From: Octopus vulgaris
Taxonomy: Eukaryota
Direction of reading: 5' to 3'
DNA length: 64,000 nucleotides
Assembly (NCBI GenBank): GCA_951406725.2
Contig: OX597829.1
Span: forward strand, 56,420,001 to 56,484,000
A program made the translations under genes and the position numbers. Positions 14,733 through 27,134 of the stretch are shown one piece after another (positions within the stretch are counted from its first letter, which is position 1; each line of letters begins with the position of its first letter). The notes below the pieces were generated by a model, which was not told the origin of the DNA, did no database searches, and saw nothing but the letters and a program-made list of their open reading frames with translations.

Positions 14733-15102
14733 AGGCGTAGGCGTGGCTGTGTGGTAAGTAGCTTGCTTATGAACCACATGGTTCTGGGTTCAGTCCCACT
14801 GCATGGCATCTTCGGCAAGTGTCTTCTACTATAGCCTCGGGCTGACTAAAGCCTTGTGAATGCATTTGGTAGACGGAAACTGAAAGAAGCCCGTCATATG
14901 TGTGTATAAATATATATATATGTGTGTGTGTGTGTGAGTGTATGTATGTATAGGTTTGTAGCCCCACCATCGCTTGACAACCGATGTAGGTGTGTTTACG
15001 TCCTCGTAATGTAGCGGTTCGGCAAAAGCGCCGATAGAATAATTTGGCGGTGCTCCAGCATGGCCGCAGTCAAATGACATACAAATAAAAGAGTAAAAGA
15101 GT
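14733..15102 (+). mobile_element. tRNA-headed SINE family A with internal (TA/TG)n
   Basis: Head gtggctgtgtggtaag...ggttcagtccc; body gcaagtgtcttctactatagcc; tail gtaaaagagta. Several copies in the window. Confidence 0.85.
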
Positions 15103-15109
15103 ACCTATG

Positions 15110-15450
15110 TATGTTTGAGTGTGTACACGTGTAGTATATGTAATATGTGTGTGTGTATGCCTCTGTGTGTCTGTTACGTATGTACGTATGTATGCATGTG
15201 TGTGTGTGTATGTATGTATCTATGAATGTATATATGTATGTATGTTTGTATGTATGTGTGCGTGTGTGTATGTATTATGTATGTATGTATGTATTATGTA
15301 TGTATGTGTGTATGTATGTATGTATGTATGTATACATGTATGTATTATGTATGTATGTATGTATGTATGTATGTATGTATGTATGTATGTATGTATGTAT
15401 GTGTGTATGTATGTATGTATGTATGTATGTGTATGTATGTATGCATGCAC
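15110..15450. repeat. (TATG)n/(TG)n microsatellite just upstream of SLC7 exon 1
   Basis: Direct reading. Confidence 0.95.
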
Positions 15451-15640
15451 GTGTATCTATTTTAGCTAAAACCATTCTTAATTAACGATATTTCAGATCG
15501 ATTATCTTTAACTCTCCCAGCCAGGATACAAAAATACTGAAACACACAGCGAAAAAAAAAAAAGGTGGGTGAACATGCGCACGGCAGCACGCTATCATCA
15601 CATTTGTTTATCGGTTCGGGGAGCTTGGTAGCTGACGAAA

Positions 15641-16067
15641 ATGGCTCGAGATGCTAAAGTTGAGCTTAAAAAGCAAGTGACTTTACTGCAAGGAGTAGGT
15701 ATAATCGTGGGTATTATAATAGGATCGGGAATATTTGTATCTCCCGTAGGCATTTTACAAAATGTGAAATCAGTTGGTCTTAGTCTTTTAATGTGGGCAA
15801 TATGTGGACTGTACAACATGCTTTGTGCCCTGTGCTATGCAGAGTTAGGAGCTTCTATACCCGAATCCGGAGGCGAATACATCTATATTAAAAGAGCCTT
15901 CGGAGATTTTGCGGGATTCGTATGTCTTTGGATAAATTTTCTGCTAGTGTGTCCCGTTGGTATTGCTGCTGCTTCCCTAATATTTACAACATACTTGCTC
16001 AAACCAATTTTCTCCGATTGTGATATTCCAGAGAGTGGACTCCGATTGATATCAGCATTAGTTGTCA
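15641..16067 (+). CDS. SLC7/LAT-family amino acid transporter light chain, coding exon 1 (TM1 to start of TM4)
   Basis: ATG in aaaATGG context with upstream in-frame TAG (15629-31). Translation contains IIGSGIFVSP, GALCYAELG-like ALCYAELG, SGGEYIY and KPIFSDC (heavy-chain disulfide Cys127). Donor A|GTAAGT, 427 nt, phase 1. Confidence 0.96.
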
Positions 16068-16346
16068 GTAAGTATTGTCTTATTCAAAGCTATCAGTTCA
16101 ATACTTCTTCGTCTTGTTTTTATTTTGAATTGCCAACTCCGTATCCTTCTAAATGTGTTTCCCGATTTATGTTGCTCGTCTCTACTTTTTGTTTTATGCA
16201 AGTTATATATTTTGATTTTCGGTATTTATTCTTAATTTGTTTATGTTATTCTATGGTTGTATTTAATCCTAAAATGTAATTAAATGAACCTTATTTGCCC
16301 ACGTATTAAACTAATAAATGTATATTATGTATGTATGAAAGTCTGT

Positions 16347-16379
16347 CATGATGCAACCTTTCGGTGTTGTTGCATCATG
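16347..16379. promoter_or_regulatory. Paired inverted C/EBP-ATF (AARE-like) sites in SLC7 intron 1
   Basis: catgatgcaac-N11-gttgcatcatg. Each arm contains TGATGCAAC. Confidence 0.45.
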
Positions 16380-17695
16380 CTATATGGAAAAACTGTTTGT
16401 ATTACAGCCAATACTTCAATAACGGTAAGTTCAGCACTTAGATACGAGATACGAAAATTCCTTGCCGATAATAAATTGGGATATTGAACAAATATTGAGT
16501 CATACCAAAACATGTCATATAAATATAAGTGCGACCGTCAAATTTTGTCTTTTATTGTCGATTCTATTCCAAAATAAAACTTTGTCTATTTTAGGCATTT
16601 AGCATAAATTGCAGTTAAGTATTTTTGAAAGAAAATAAAGAAAGAAAAAGGAATAAGCGGGAAGGAAAATTATAAAAGTTGAGTAAATAACTTTGTAGCA
16701 GCTGTTGGGGGGAAAATATTTCACTTTGTGGTTTCTTTTTTCCTTTTGTGCGTGTGTGTGTGTAATAGTAGTAGTTAGTAGTAACAAACGAATTTACCAG
16801 CCTGGGTGCTTTGGTATTTTCATTCTATTTTGCTTGACAAAAAAGCAAAAACCACGTTGTTCGTGTCGCTAGGAACAGGATTCAAATTTCCCGTCCCACT
16901 GTCAGGCAGAAGGAGAGATACGTTCAACACTGTAGGGCAAAATGTAAATAAAAAGAAAATTAAATGTTTTAGGCACAGAAGTCTATCACAGAAGAAAACA
17001 ACATAATGTTATGGTAGCAATTAAGAAAGTATTCAGTCTACAGGCTTCTATTTTTACTAGTTTACTTATTTGATGTCCAGTTTGTCTCTTGTTTTCATTT
17101 ATTCCTTAATTAGTTTATTGTATTCGTTGGGTTTTGTTTTGGAGGGTGAGATATAATTAAATAAAAAGTTTGAAACGTGTGTTTGGATATTTTTACTTAT
17201 CGAAAAAGAAAGGACAGAAAATATGAACACCGAGTGCGTTGTGTTTATTTCTTACTACAACAATAATCCTTTTAACTGGAAACACCCTTCGTGTCAGCTT
17301 TGTTTTAATCTCTTCTTTAACTTATTTAGAGTTATAAAAACCTTATATCTTTATTATATCGAGTCCTTATGTCTATCTTTGTTCTCTGCAGCAGTGCGTG
17401 TATTTAATCTCCGCTCATAGCAGCTAAAACACGTGTGCCCGTATTTTACAAAAGTCCTTCTGTTTATTTATTTATTTGTATTTGCCTCATAATACTTAAT
17501 GAAACAATTTTCTAAATTTGATAAAGGTCCTTACCTAAATCATCCTATCTTTCCTTTTTCGCATAGCAAAGAAATGTCTAAAAAAAATTGTCAGCCCGCC
17601 ACGTGGTCCCAACGAACAAAATGGAAAAGGCATCGTCCCGGAGCATAACGAATGAGATTTATACGATTTACCCATACATATGCATGTAAAAAGCG

Positions 17696-17815
17696 GCGGA
17701 GGTAAAGAATACGCACACCATCCGTTTTCGGCGTAACCAAAGCCCTAATCCTAACCCTAAACCCTTATCATGACCGTAACCCTAAACACCGGGTGTACGT
17801 ATTCTTTACTTTCGC
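17696..17815. mobile_element. Small MITE with about 24-bp TIRs and internal telomere-like (CCCTAA) units
   Basis: gcggaggtaaagaatacgcacacc ... ggtgtacgtattctttactttcgc. Confidence 0.65.
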
Positions 17816-19439
17816 TATAAAAGCTGTTGTCGCACAATGAAACTATGATAAACTAAGAATAAGAAAGTGACTGCAGATTCTCCCTTAATACACTATTCAT
17901 TCCTTCAGATGATATAAAGGCTCCCTCACATATTTCTTTGCATTATCGTATTCTTTCTAATTTCGGCGCCAAGTCAGCAAAGGTATTTTTACCGGTGCCT
18001 AATGATTCGGCCAATTCAATATGCAAAAAAATTCTAATGTTTATTCTATTGAGTTGTCAGATTAATTCATATCTTTTCCCCCCATTTATTTTAATACTTA
18101 TTTTTCGATAGTTTTTACAAATTAGCCAGTGATATACCCTCCTTCAGTCTTCACAATTCCTTGTCAACGCCCCACTAGCTTGTTTTTTGCTTCATAGAAT
18201 TCATCGGTTTTGCTTCGTAGAATTCATCGAAACATTTTAACAGCTTGCAGATTATGAGAGAGACACCGAGAAAAAGTGATATTGTAAAGGCGGCATATAA
18301 TGAAAATTCGGTGGATGCTGTAGAATTTCCCAACCGAGCTTCTGGGCAGTATTTTTTGACAATTTAGCGATGAAGGGGTTGCGATTTGTCTTTTTCGTGG
18401 TACCTATGCACTAAGATTTCGGTTCTTACTGCTCTGTGACTCCTATGTGTAACTGAAACCCCTATAACCCCTTTCAGTAAGAATGCCCTCTTTGTACATG
18501 GCACAGATATCACGAGTGGCTTTGGTGATTTTGGAACCTCGACTGCAAACGCAGAGATGCAGGTGTTGGAAAGATTCTTTTTATTTTCCTACTTGGCATT
18601 CCATCATCATTGTCTCAAAAGATATTAAAGGAATTCAAATTTCAAAAAAGATAAACAAAAGTTGTAGGGGGAAAAATAGAGTTACAAAAACAAAAAAAGA
18701 AACATAAAGCACAACAATAAAAATATTTTTCATCTTAATTCAAATAACATTTGGAAGAAATGAACAGACTTATTTGGCAACCCAGTGTATTACCTGATGT
18801 GGCAGATTTGGTCTGGATCTCTCTGAGTAAGGTGTGATACAACAATAGGGTAGCCAACCCCATTCAGAAATAATGAAGATTGACATCGCTTCATTGCTGT
18901 GTCACTACAGTACCTTTTCCAGGAAACACCTGGCCAAATTTGATGCCTGCTCTCGCAGACGAAACGGTTCCCTTGGTCAGATGGTCTGTGTTTTGCCATA
19001 GTGAATGGGTGTGATTGACATTTGTCACTTAATGTATTCTTTACAATGTCGTTATTATGGACCCCATCCGAGATGCAAGACAACATTCAAGTCCACAAAA
19101 TTTTGGTTTGAGCAGTTGTTTGTAAAGAACTGTTGTACAGACCTCTTTGCTTTTGCAACGAAGTCCATGTAGTTCCCCTGCAGCAAAGTAGGCAGTGACT
19201 CAGGGTAGGATTTTTCATCTGCTCCACAAAGCAATCTACTTCTTTCACCTGAAGGGAAATGCGAGAGTGGAGTGAGAGAGAGTTGCTGCTCTCCTGTAAA
19301 TTTTATGAAGTGAATGAAAGTAGTTTCAAAGAGAACTAACCCTCCAGTTTCAGGTGTTTAGAACTGAGACATTTTTCTGTGATAATTATGATTATGGTTA
19401 CATGTATATACATGTGTGTGTGTGTATATATATATATAT

Positions 19440-19723
19440 GGCATGTCAATGCCAGTGCCACCTGACTGGTTCCGTACCGGTGGCATGTGAAAACCACCAT
19501 TCAAGCATGGCCAATACCAGTACCACCTGACTGGCCCTCATACCAATGGCATATCAAAAGCACACACTACACTCTTGGAGTGGTTGGTGTTAGAAAGGGC
19601 ATCCGGCTGTAGAAACCTTGCCAGATGAGATGGAGCCTGGTGCAGCCTTCTGGCTTGCCAGTCCTCAGTCAAACCATCCAACCCATGCCAGCATGGAAAG
19701 CGGATGTTAAATGACGATGATGA
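19440..19723 (+). mobile_element. RTE 3' tail copy
   Basis: Same tail sequence with (GAT)n end. Confidence 0.8.
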
Positions 19724-19734
19724 TATATAGTTTG

Positions 19735-19905
19735 AATTTACAGAAAACAAAAGACACAGACAGGTGAGGGAACAACAATCAGTTGTATTAGTTTGACATC
19801 CAGAAAGAATGGAAAAGTCTTTGAAGCTTCCAGCCTATGCTCTTTGGTTGACGGTAAAAAATAGAGAAAGAATGAAAAAATGTGCAAAGATTAATGGTCC
19901 AACAT
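19735..19905 (-). mobile_element. Decayed copy of a short hammerhead-bearing element (family of 27675 and 63150)
   Basis: Reverse complement gagcataggctggaagcttcaaagactttt...ctaatacaactgattgttg. Confidence 0.6.
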
Positions 19906-20399
19906 GATACACACACACACATTTTACATATAGTCAGATATTATATATACTGATGTCATGTATTGTCATTCTCATTGTTTTAATGTTCATAATTCTCTGC
20001 TGGCAAAAGTCAGGTAGAATTTGTTGAAGCAGATTTTCTATGGCCAGACACTTTTCCTGTCTTCAACCCTGTTTCCAAGTAAGGTAATATTTCCCCTTAA
20101 CCTGACACGCTTTCAGAGAAGATTGAAAACAAAGGACATCACTTACACAACAGCAGAACATGCTTACAACAGTTACAAACACACATGCACAGACACACAC
20201 ACATATATGCATACATATGTGTGTCTATGTGTGTAGGTTTTGAGAGGTAATGGTGCAAGACCCAAAGGTGTCAGGTAATGCTGAGTAAGTGCTATGGACA
20301 GACTATAGTTAAGCTCCAGGTTTTGGTGATTATGCAAATGAGGAGTCCAACGTAGCATGAGATAAAAATCCAAGGCTGTGAAGAATCTCAGAACATTTA

Positions 20400-21000
20400 T
20401 AAAGAGAGGGTCTTATAGCTGTTTCCGGGATATCTTATATATCCCTTCATTGGAGACGGTGTGAGAAAATGATTAAGCAATAGTTATTCTAGAGAAGATA
20501 TAAAATAGATAGGGAAATGGAAGATTGAAAACAGACATGAGATATGCAGGGATATTGTATCTGTAGTTCCATTATTTAAGCAGAATGGTATACATGTTTC
20601 CTGTACCTTGTGTGTAAGTTCCAATAGTATTTAAAATTGGTCATTCCAAGCATAGAGTTTGTAAACCATGTTATTGGATCGAGAGTTTTTCAGAAAAAAA
20701 ATTATTTTTTTTTAATAAATGGTAAGAGAGACAAACATATTCTAAATATTTCTTGATAGAGGAAGGTTTAAAGTTTATTTTAAGGTAGTATACACTCAAC
20801 ATGAGCACCAGTGCTTTTTCCTTTACAAATGCAACCTTTTGCTGTGAAATTTTTATGCCATTCATAAATTTGCTTGTGATGAGGTGGATTTTTATTGAAT
20901 TGGCAGCAAAATCCATGTTGCATTTGCACAATCGATTCGCATTTCTCAAACTGCAGCTCACAAAAAAACTTTCTAAGGAATTACACAAATGAAAATTATA
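20400..21000 (-). mobile_element. PLE 3' remnant: GIY-YIG-like piece followed by a hammerhead-like motif
   Basis: CNMDFAANS..HLIT-like text. Downstream gtct-CCAATGA-A-GGGAT..ATCCC-G-GAAA-CAGCT..agac at about 20420-20457. Confidence 0.5.
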
Positions 21001-21599
21001 CAACTTTAAATAAAATTAACAAAATGAAACAAAATTAAAATATTATTTTATTTACGGCTTAATTCAATTGATCATGTTCAGCTGTAAACTTTAAACCTTT
21101 CCCTATCAAGAAATATGTAGAATGTGTTTGTGTCTGTTACCGTTTGTTTTAAAAACAAATCTGAAATCTGCTCTTTCCTTTTGAATAACCCTGAATATAT
21201 AGGTCTATAATCATCTTCACTCTTGTGGGGAGTGATAGGGGTAAACCTAACATATCTGACGCAATATCTGGTTGACTGTGTTTATTGACCAACTTAATGT
21301 CAAGACGCATGAGGATGGTGATATGCACCAGCAACACAAGTATGCATATATGGATTCGTAAATGATCCTATATTGTTTGTAATTTTCTTTTGTTTTTTTT
21401 TTTGTTTTTACTTTTTGATTGCATTTTATCCATTTTTCTTTTTATGTGATGGTTTCCACTCAGTTATTAGTGTGGATTCACATATCCATCGTAAAGTTGC
21501 ATTGTATGGCTGTGTCAGTTTGTTTTTTATGTCAATGTTATTCAGCATGCTAGATAGTACTAGTGTGTTTTCTATTCTTAATATATTCTTTCTGTTGAG

Positions 21600-22470
21600 C
21601 CCCCATTCTTTCTGCTAAGCTTCAGGCAGTTCCCCCTATATATATACACTGTGATCGACTTCTTGCATTTACTCTCCATACATCTTTTATTATACTGTTG
21701 ATCCCAGGGTTCATTTTGACACTCAAATCCTATTTGTACATGTGGTCCTATTATAGAGGTATATTCTGCTTAACTGTGACCTAATGGATTTTCCTAGTTT
21801 TCTCTACTACCTTAATTCTAAGTTTAGCAACACTCAGCCCTTTCTTAAACATATGAAACTAATCCCTATTATACCATGTGTTTACTTTATCTGCCTACTT
21901 ATTAACATTTCTATCTTATTATAAGTCTCTGAATTTTTCTGTGTGCCCCTCCCCCTGTACACTCTGATTCAGTTTTTTTGGTTATGCCATAAGAACTGCA
22001 TGCAGTGCATTTCTCTATTTCACAGAGTTTGCTTGATGAAGACAACTAAATTTGCTATGCGTATATCTATCTTAACATTATGGAATAAATACTGGGAGGC
22101 CTTGGATTTTGCATAATACGGACAGGGGAGCTGTAATTTCTTATCTGTTGTCTCTAGACAAAGTTCAGTATTAAGGGTGGGAAGTCTTTTATTTTGGGTG
22201 TATAGTAGGGTAGTCTTTTGTCACCTTAATATTTTGGTGGATGAAGTTAGCCATATGTTGGATCCTCTCCACGATACTCTTTTCAAGTTCATTAGTGTAA
22301 CTAATTAGGGTTGCCTTAGCTATAAGGTTTACATCATCTACACATCTGTATGATACGAGCATTATAGATTTTTCTTCTGAAAATTGAAGTTTTCTGTCTC
22401 TTCAGGTCATGAAGAGGCTGGCCTTGTATTGAGGAATATTGATACCAATGGCAGCAACTTTTCCTAGCAT
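21600..22470 (-). mobile_element. PLE RT remnant (Naiad-like)
   Basis: GKVAAIG; RCVDDVN; KRLPTL; YYAKSKASQYL; NVKIDI. Similar to the element at 25950. Confidence 0.55.
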
Positions 22471-22479
22471 GTACAGTTT

Positions 22480-23650
22480 TTATTAAATTTGAACACATGG
22501 CTCTTCACTACTTTGTCCCATGCGTTCCTGGGTCTCCATTTTCCACAAGTTTCATACACATTACATGACCATACGAACACAGACAATCTCTCTTGCAGAC
22601 TACATCCAATTCCTTTTGTGCCCAATTTTTCTCTCACATTTGCATTTTGTCATGCACTGTGATGTTGCACATCCCACACAGCATACTAACTTCTTTTCTT
22701 TCTAATCTTCGCATGTCTTCTGCATTCATTGCACACATCTCCACTCTCTGAATCACTGATGTTCATACATAAGCATCATACAATCAGTCTTTTACTCCGA
22801 AAGACCTTTTATTACCAACAGAGAAGCAATAGCTTTCTGAATTTTCTCCACCTGGCGCTTATTCATGCAACTATACTTTCCGATCATCCTTTCCAGCATT
22901 TGACAAAATCTATTTCCAGTGTGTTCTTAGTGTTTATTGCTCCTGTACATCTACTAAAAACAAAGTTTGCTTTTTCTGTGATTCTACTGCCCTTCTTGCA
23001 TCTCAATAACTTGCAATGAGTACATCATATGGAAAGTTTACCAAACCTATATATGAAGTAGGGTTAGTTTCCTGAAGAAAATAAAGTCATGTCTGTTTTC
23101 TGCTAACTAGAATTTTGGTCTTTGCCTAGTTAAAGTCCAATGATTCCAGGTTTTGCTTTCATACCTGGATTTTTTTTTTTCAGTTCTGTTATTAATTCTA
23201 TTACACATTTTGTTGTAAGAACATTGTCATCAGCATATGGTAATTCTCAAAGGTCACTAGTCTTAAACTCCTCTGTTATGGTCTGGTAAATGATGATGAA
23301 TAGGAAGGGACTGAGAAGTGATCACTAATGAACTCCTTGTCTCTATACTAAATTCATTGAAGGTAAGAGACAGTATACAAGGCATTCATCTCATCCAAGT
23401 TTCCTCAGAGCCTCATCATCACAGATCAAGTGACCCTGTTGAAGACTTTCTCCAGGTTAACAATTACCAACTACAGTGGTTTATTTTTGGCAAAATACAT
23501 TTGCACTTTCCTTACTAGAAAGAGGCAACATTAGTAGTACATCTCTCTGGCACCAAACCAAACTGCATTGCATTTCATCTTTCCAAATTCTCTTCTCAAA
23601 TAATTGGGCTATAACTTTTTCGCTAACTTTCATGATCTGGTCCAGCAATT
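22480..23650 (-). mobile_element. RTE LINE RT fragment (same family as 36945)
   Basis: SPFLFIIIYQTITEEFKT...LPYADDNVL on the minus strand. Confidence 0.75.
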
Positions 23651-23770
23651 TGATACTTCTGTGATTCTATTTAAGGCATCCCCTTTTGCCCTTGTAACAA
23701 TTGACTAAAATGCTGCTACAGTTGTTGGATGTAAAACCTTTCTCCTGATGTGTATGTAATGATACAGATG

Positions 23771-24163
23771 CAGGCGTGGCCGTGTGGTTAAGAAGCTTCT
23801 TTCCTAACTGTGTGGTCTCATGTTCAGTTTCATTCCATTGCGCCTTGGGCAAATGTCTTCTAGTGTAGCCGTGGGCCAACAAAAATCCTGTGAGTGAATA
23901 TGGTAGACAGAAACTGGAAGAAGCCTGTCGTGTGTGTGTGTGTGTGCCTTTGCTTTGAAGTCACATGATTGTTGCAAATCATCATCATCATCATAGAAGC
24001 AATGTTGTTGTTTCTAGTATTCTTCATTAAACATGCTTGACCTATAAACAGGTGAGGGTTGCAACAGGAAGGCCAGCCAAGCGTAGAAAATCTGGTTCGA
24101 CAAAATTCCATCTGATCCATGCAAACATGAGAACAGTAGAGGTTAAATGATGATGATGATGAT
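23771..24163 (+). mobile_element. SINE family A head with RTE-like tail
   Basis: ggcgtggccgtgtggttaagaag...ttgggcaaatgtcttct; tail ends in (GAT)n. Confidence 0.7.
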
Positions 24164-24190
24164 TACATATATATATATATATATATATAT

Positions 24191-24325
24191 AAGGTCCCAA
24201 AAGTTCGTAGAAAGTCTTGGAAAATAATGGTCTTTATTTTGAGGAATAATTTTTGTTGTTTTTGTTAGTACTTGGTAAGTAAAAATTCAATTTTCGCAAG
24301 TGTTTACGAACTTTTGGGACAACCT
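24191..24325. mobile_element. Tiny Tc1/mariner-like MITE within (TA)n
   Basis: Perfect 16-bp inverted repeat gtcccaaaagttcgta (24194-24209) / tacgaacttttgggac (24305-24320). Confidence 0.7.
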
Positions 24326-24431
24326 AATATATATATATATATATATAACAATTGCAGCGTGGAAGGTATTTGTAAGCCATTTAAGAAACACACAAAAGCC
24401 GTTCGATTCACTTCAACATTTAAGCTTAATT

Positions 24432-24477
24432 TGTCAAAATATTTTCGGCGCTTTAAGACCGCGACCTGTTCACTGAC
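24432..24477 (-). ncRNA. Minimal type-I hammerhead-like motif, G3-C8 variant
   Basis: GUCA-GUGAACA-G-GUCGC(ggucuuaaa)GCGCC-GAAA-AUAU-UU-UGAC. Confidence 0.55.
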
Positions 24478-24546
24478 GCTGTAATTGTTTTCGCTTCAGC
24501 ACACGATCTCAGATCAAATCACTTGGTATGGAAGTACATCTCCGTA

Positions 24547-24588
<42 letters not shown>

Positions 24589-24619
24589 TGGATATATATA
24601 TATAGATATATATATATGG

Positions 24620-24652
<33 letters not shown>

Positions 24653-25034
24653 CATTATATAAAAGGGCTTAGTAAAATAAATTACTTCGCCGCATACTGA
24701 ACTCATTAGAAATAGCAGCTAAAAAACTTTTTTAAAGCTATTTCTAATACTTAAAGAAAATCTCTCTCATATATAGCGTTTGCTTAATTTAACACACAAA
24801 AGTTTGGGGGTAAGGACATACTGAACACTTGGTGAAATTGATTAATAATTAATTAATTTTACCCTCAATTGTTGAAATTATATATATATATATATATATA
24901 TAGATATATGTATATATATAGAGAGAGATATATATGGATATATAGATATATATATATGGATATAGATATATATATGAATATATATATATAGATATATATA
25001 TAGATATGTATATATGTGTGTGTGTGTATGTATG

Positions 25035-25214
25035 TGGCACGTAAAAAGCACCCACTACACTCATGGAGTGGTTGGTGTTAGGAAGGGCATCCAGCTGTAG
25101 AAACACTGCCAGATCAGACTGGGCCTGGTGCAGCCTTCTGGCTTCACAGACCCCAGTTGAACCGTCCAACCCATGCTAGCATGGAAAGCGGACACTAAAT
25201 GATGATGATGATGA
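25035..25214 (+). mobile_element. RTE 3' tail copy
   Basis: ggcacgtaaaaagcacccactacactc...(GAT)n. Confidence 0.85.
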
Positions 25215-25949
25215 TATATACACACACAGACAGACAGAGAGATGCAGATGCAATTATGTTGTTAAGGGCTTGCCTCCCAACATCCAGCCTTAAAAAATCT
25301 CCATCAGTGAGCTTCGTCTACATATGCTTGGTTGGAAAAATAGATATTAAAATTATGCTGATGATATATCTATGTCTGTATATATAATAATAAAATATGT
25401 GTGTGTATATATATGTATGTATCCATGTGTGTTTGTGTGTAGTATATCTTCTGTGTTCAAACAGATGTATGTCTGCTACTGTTAAGTTTAGTGCTCCACA
25501 TAGATTAATTTCATCCCATCTGCATCCGGAATAGGGCTTTAGCTACTACTGTACTTAGTAATGTTATTACTAGTTATGATATACAGAGTATGTGTGAGAG
25601 AAAATTAGTTTATCACACACACATATATATATATATTTGGTTTGCAAGATTCTTATGTATATATATATATATATATATATATGTTTGGTCTGCAAGATTC
25701 TTTATGTGAGTTCGTGTGTTGAAGCATATTTTGTTGTGTCTGGGGAGTCATTCTCTTTTAGTGCCTTATTATTTAATAAACTCATTGGTAAAGTTTCCAC
25801 TCATTTACTTGTTTATATTTCCTAAAATGTTCATTGTGTCTTGCAACCTCTTCAATAGTCATTGACTCTGTCCGTTATCCGAGCTGCATTCTTTTTGTTT
25901 ATTTGTGCACATACACGTATGTATGTATGCATGTGACAAAAAAACAGTC

Positions 25950-27108
25950 CTCCATACTCTAACAATATGACAAGAACCACATAGTAAACTTTTAACAGGA
26001 AACTATACATGTAGGTTCAAGGTGCTGCCATTGGTGTCAGTGTAGCTGGAGATGTGGCCGGTCTGTTCATGACCTGGTCGGACAGAAAACTTTAATAATC
26101 CTTAGCAGAACAGTCCACAACTCCTTTACTTTACTGTAGATATGTAGACGACATTAATATTCTAATTAAGACCAACTCTAGTAACAGTAACGTAGACACC
26201 GAGGGGAATATACTGAACTTTGGTTAGAGACTGTGAACAACAGAGAGCAGCTCCTCCACTCCTATTACATGAAACACAAAGCTTCGAAATATGTTGTTCA
26301 CAAGAACTCAGCTTTGTCACACAACGTGAAAATTAACATACTGATAGTGGACTTAGTTGGGATAATGAACAACGTATCCCCACTATGCACATCCTTTGAA
26401 CTGAAGAAACATGTACAGAACTTCATGCACCGCATGCAATTCTCTGGATATGATCAGAAAGATAGGATTTGGGTATACAGGGGGGGGGGGCTAGAAATAA
26501 GTTAGATAACATTATATGTAATGAAACCAGTGGTACCTGCCCTAAATGTAGAAGTAAAGGCTGGAATAGAATACAGAGAGTTTGTGACAAAGCAAACAGG
26601 GTGAACATGTGGTACAAGACTGACAAATACCAAGGAGTGATGTTTGTAGAGGCCACAGCCCATGGAGAACTAGCTGATAGATTTAGGAAAGCTCTGAAGG
26701 AGGCCAAACTCAGCATTAAGATCATTAAAAAGCCAAGGAGCTCCATCAGATCACAACTATGTAGGACGTATGCCTTTGAGAACACCATATGCACCAATGA
26801 TAACTGCATGGTATGTAGTCTACAGCATAAGGTGCATAGAGGGTGCTTGTAAAGACAAGAACATGACATACATTGCTGAGACATCTAGGAGAATTGCAGA
26901 AAGACTAAATGAACATCTGAGACAATATGACTCCAAAACACAGTCCTCCATACTTTTCCAACCTGCCAAAGGCCAACATGGAGGCAACCTGGGTCAACTT
27001 GACATCCACATTTTACCCAAGCACCCAATGGACCCATCACTCAGACAAATACAGGAGTACATCCTCATAAATGAAACATCTCCAGTACTAAATAGGAAGT
27101 ATATGTAG
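25950..27108 (+). mobile_element. Penelope-like element remnant: RT plus C-terminal GIY-YIG endonuclease (Naiad-like)
   Basis: QGAAIGVSVAGDVAGLFM; YCRYVDDI; YYMKHKASKYVVHKNSALS; CxxxxCxxC; VVYSIRC...TYIAETSRRIAERLNEH...RQIQEYILI...VLNRK. Confidence 0.85.
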
Positions 27109-27134
27109 AAGGTAGTTGTATATTATTTTGATGT

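Noticed and set aside
15119-15485. ORFs rich in YI/VC/MYV/HT (also at 35-36, 38-40, 59-63 kb)
   Set aside because: Translations of (TA)n, (TG)n and (TATG)n microsatellites.
16068-16279. C-terminal 70 aa of the 212-aa ORF at 15641-16279
   Set aside because: Read-through into intron 1 past a strong GTAAGT donor. SLC7 similarity resumes in phase at 52294.
18760-19090. Possible mariner transposase fragment
   Set aside because: Similarity too weak, and no paired TIR was found.
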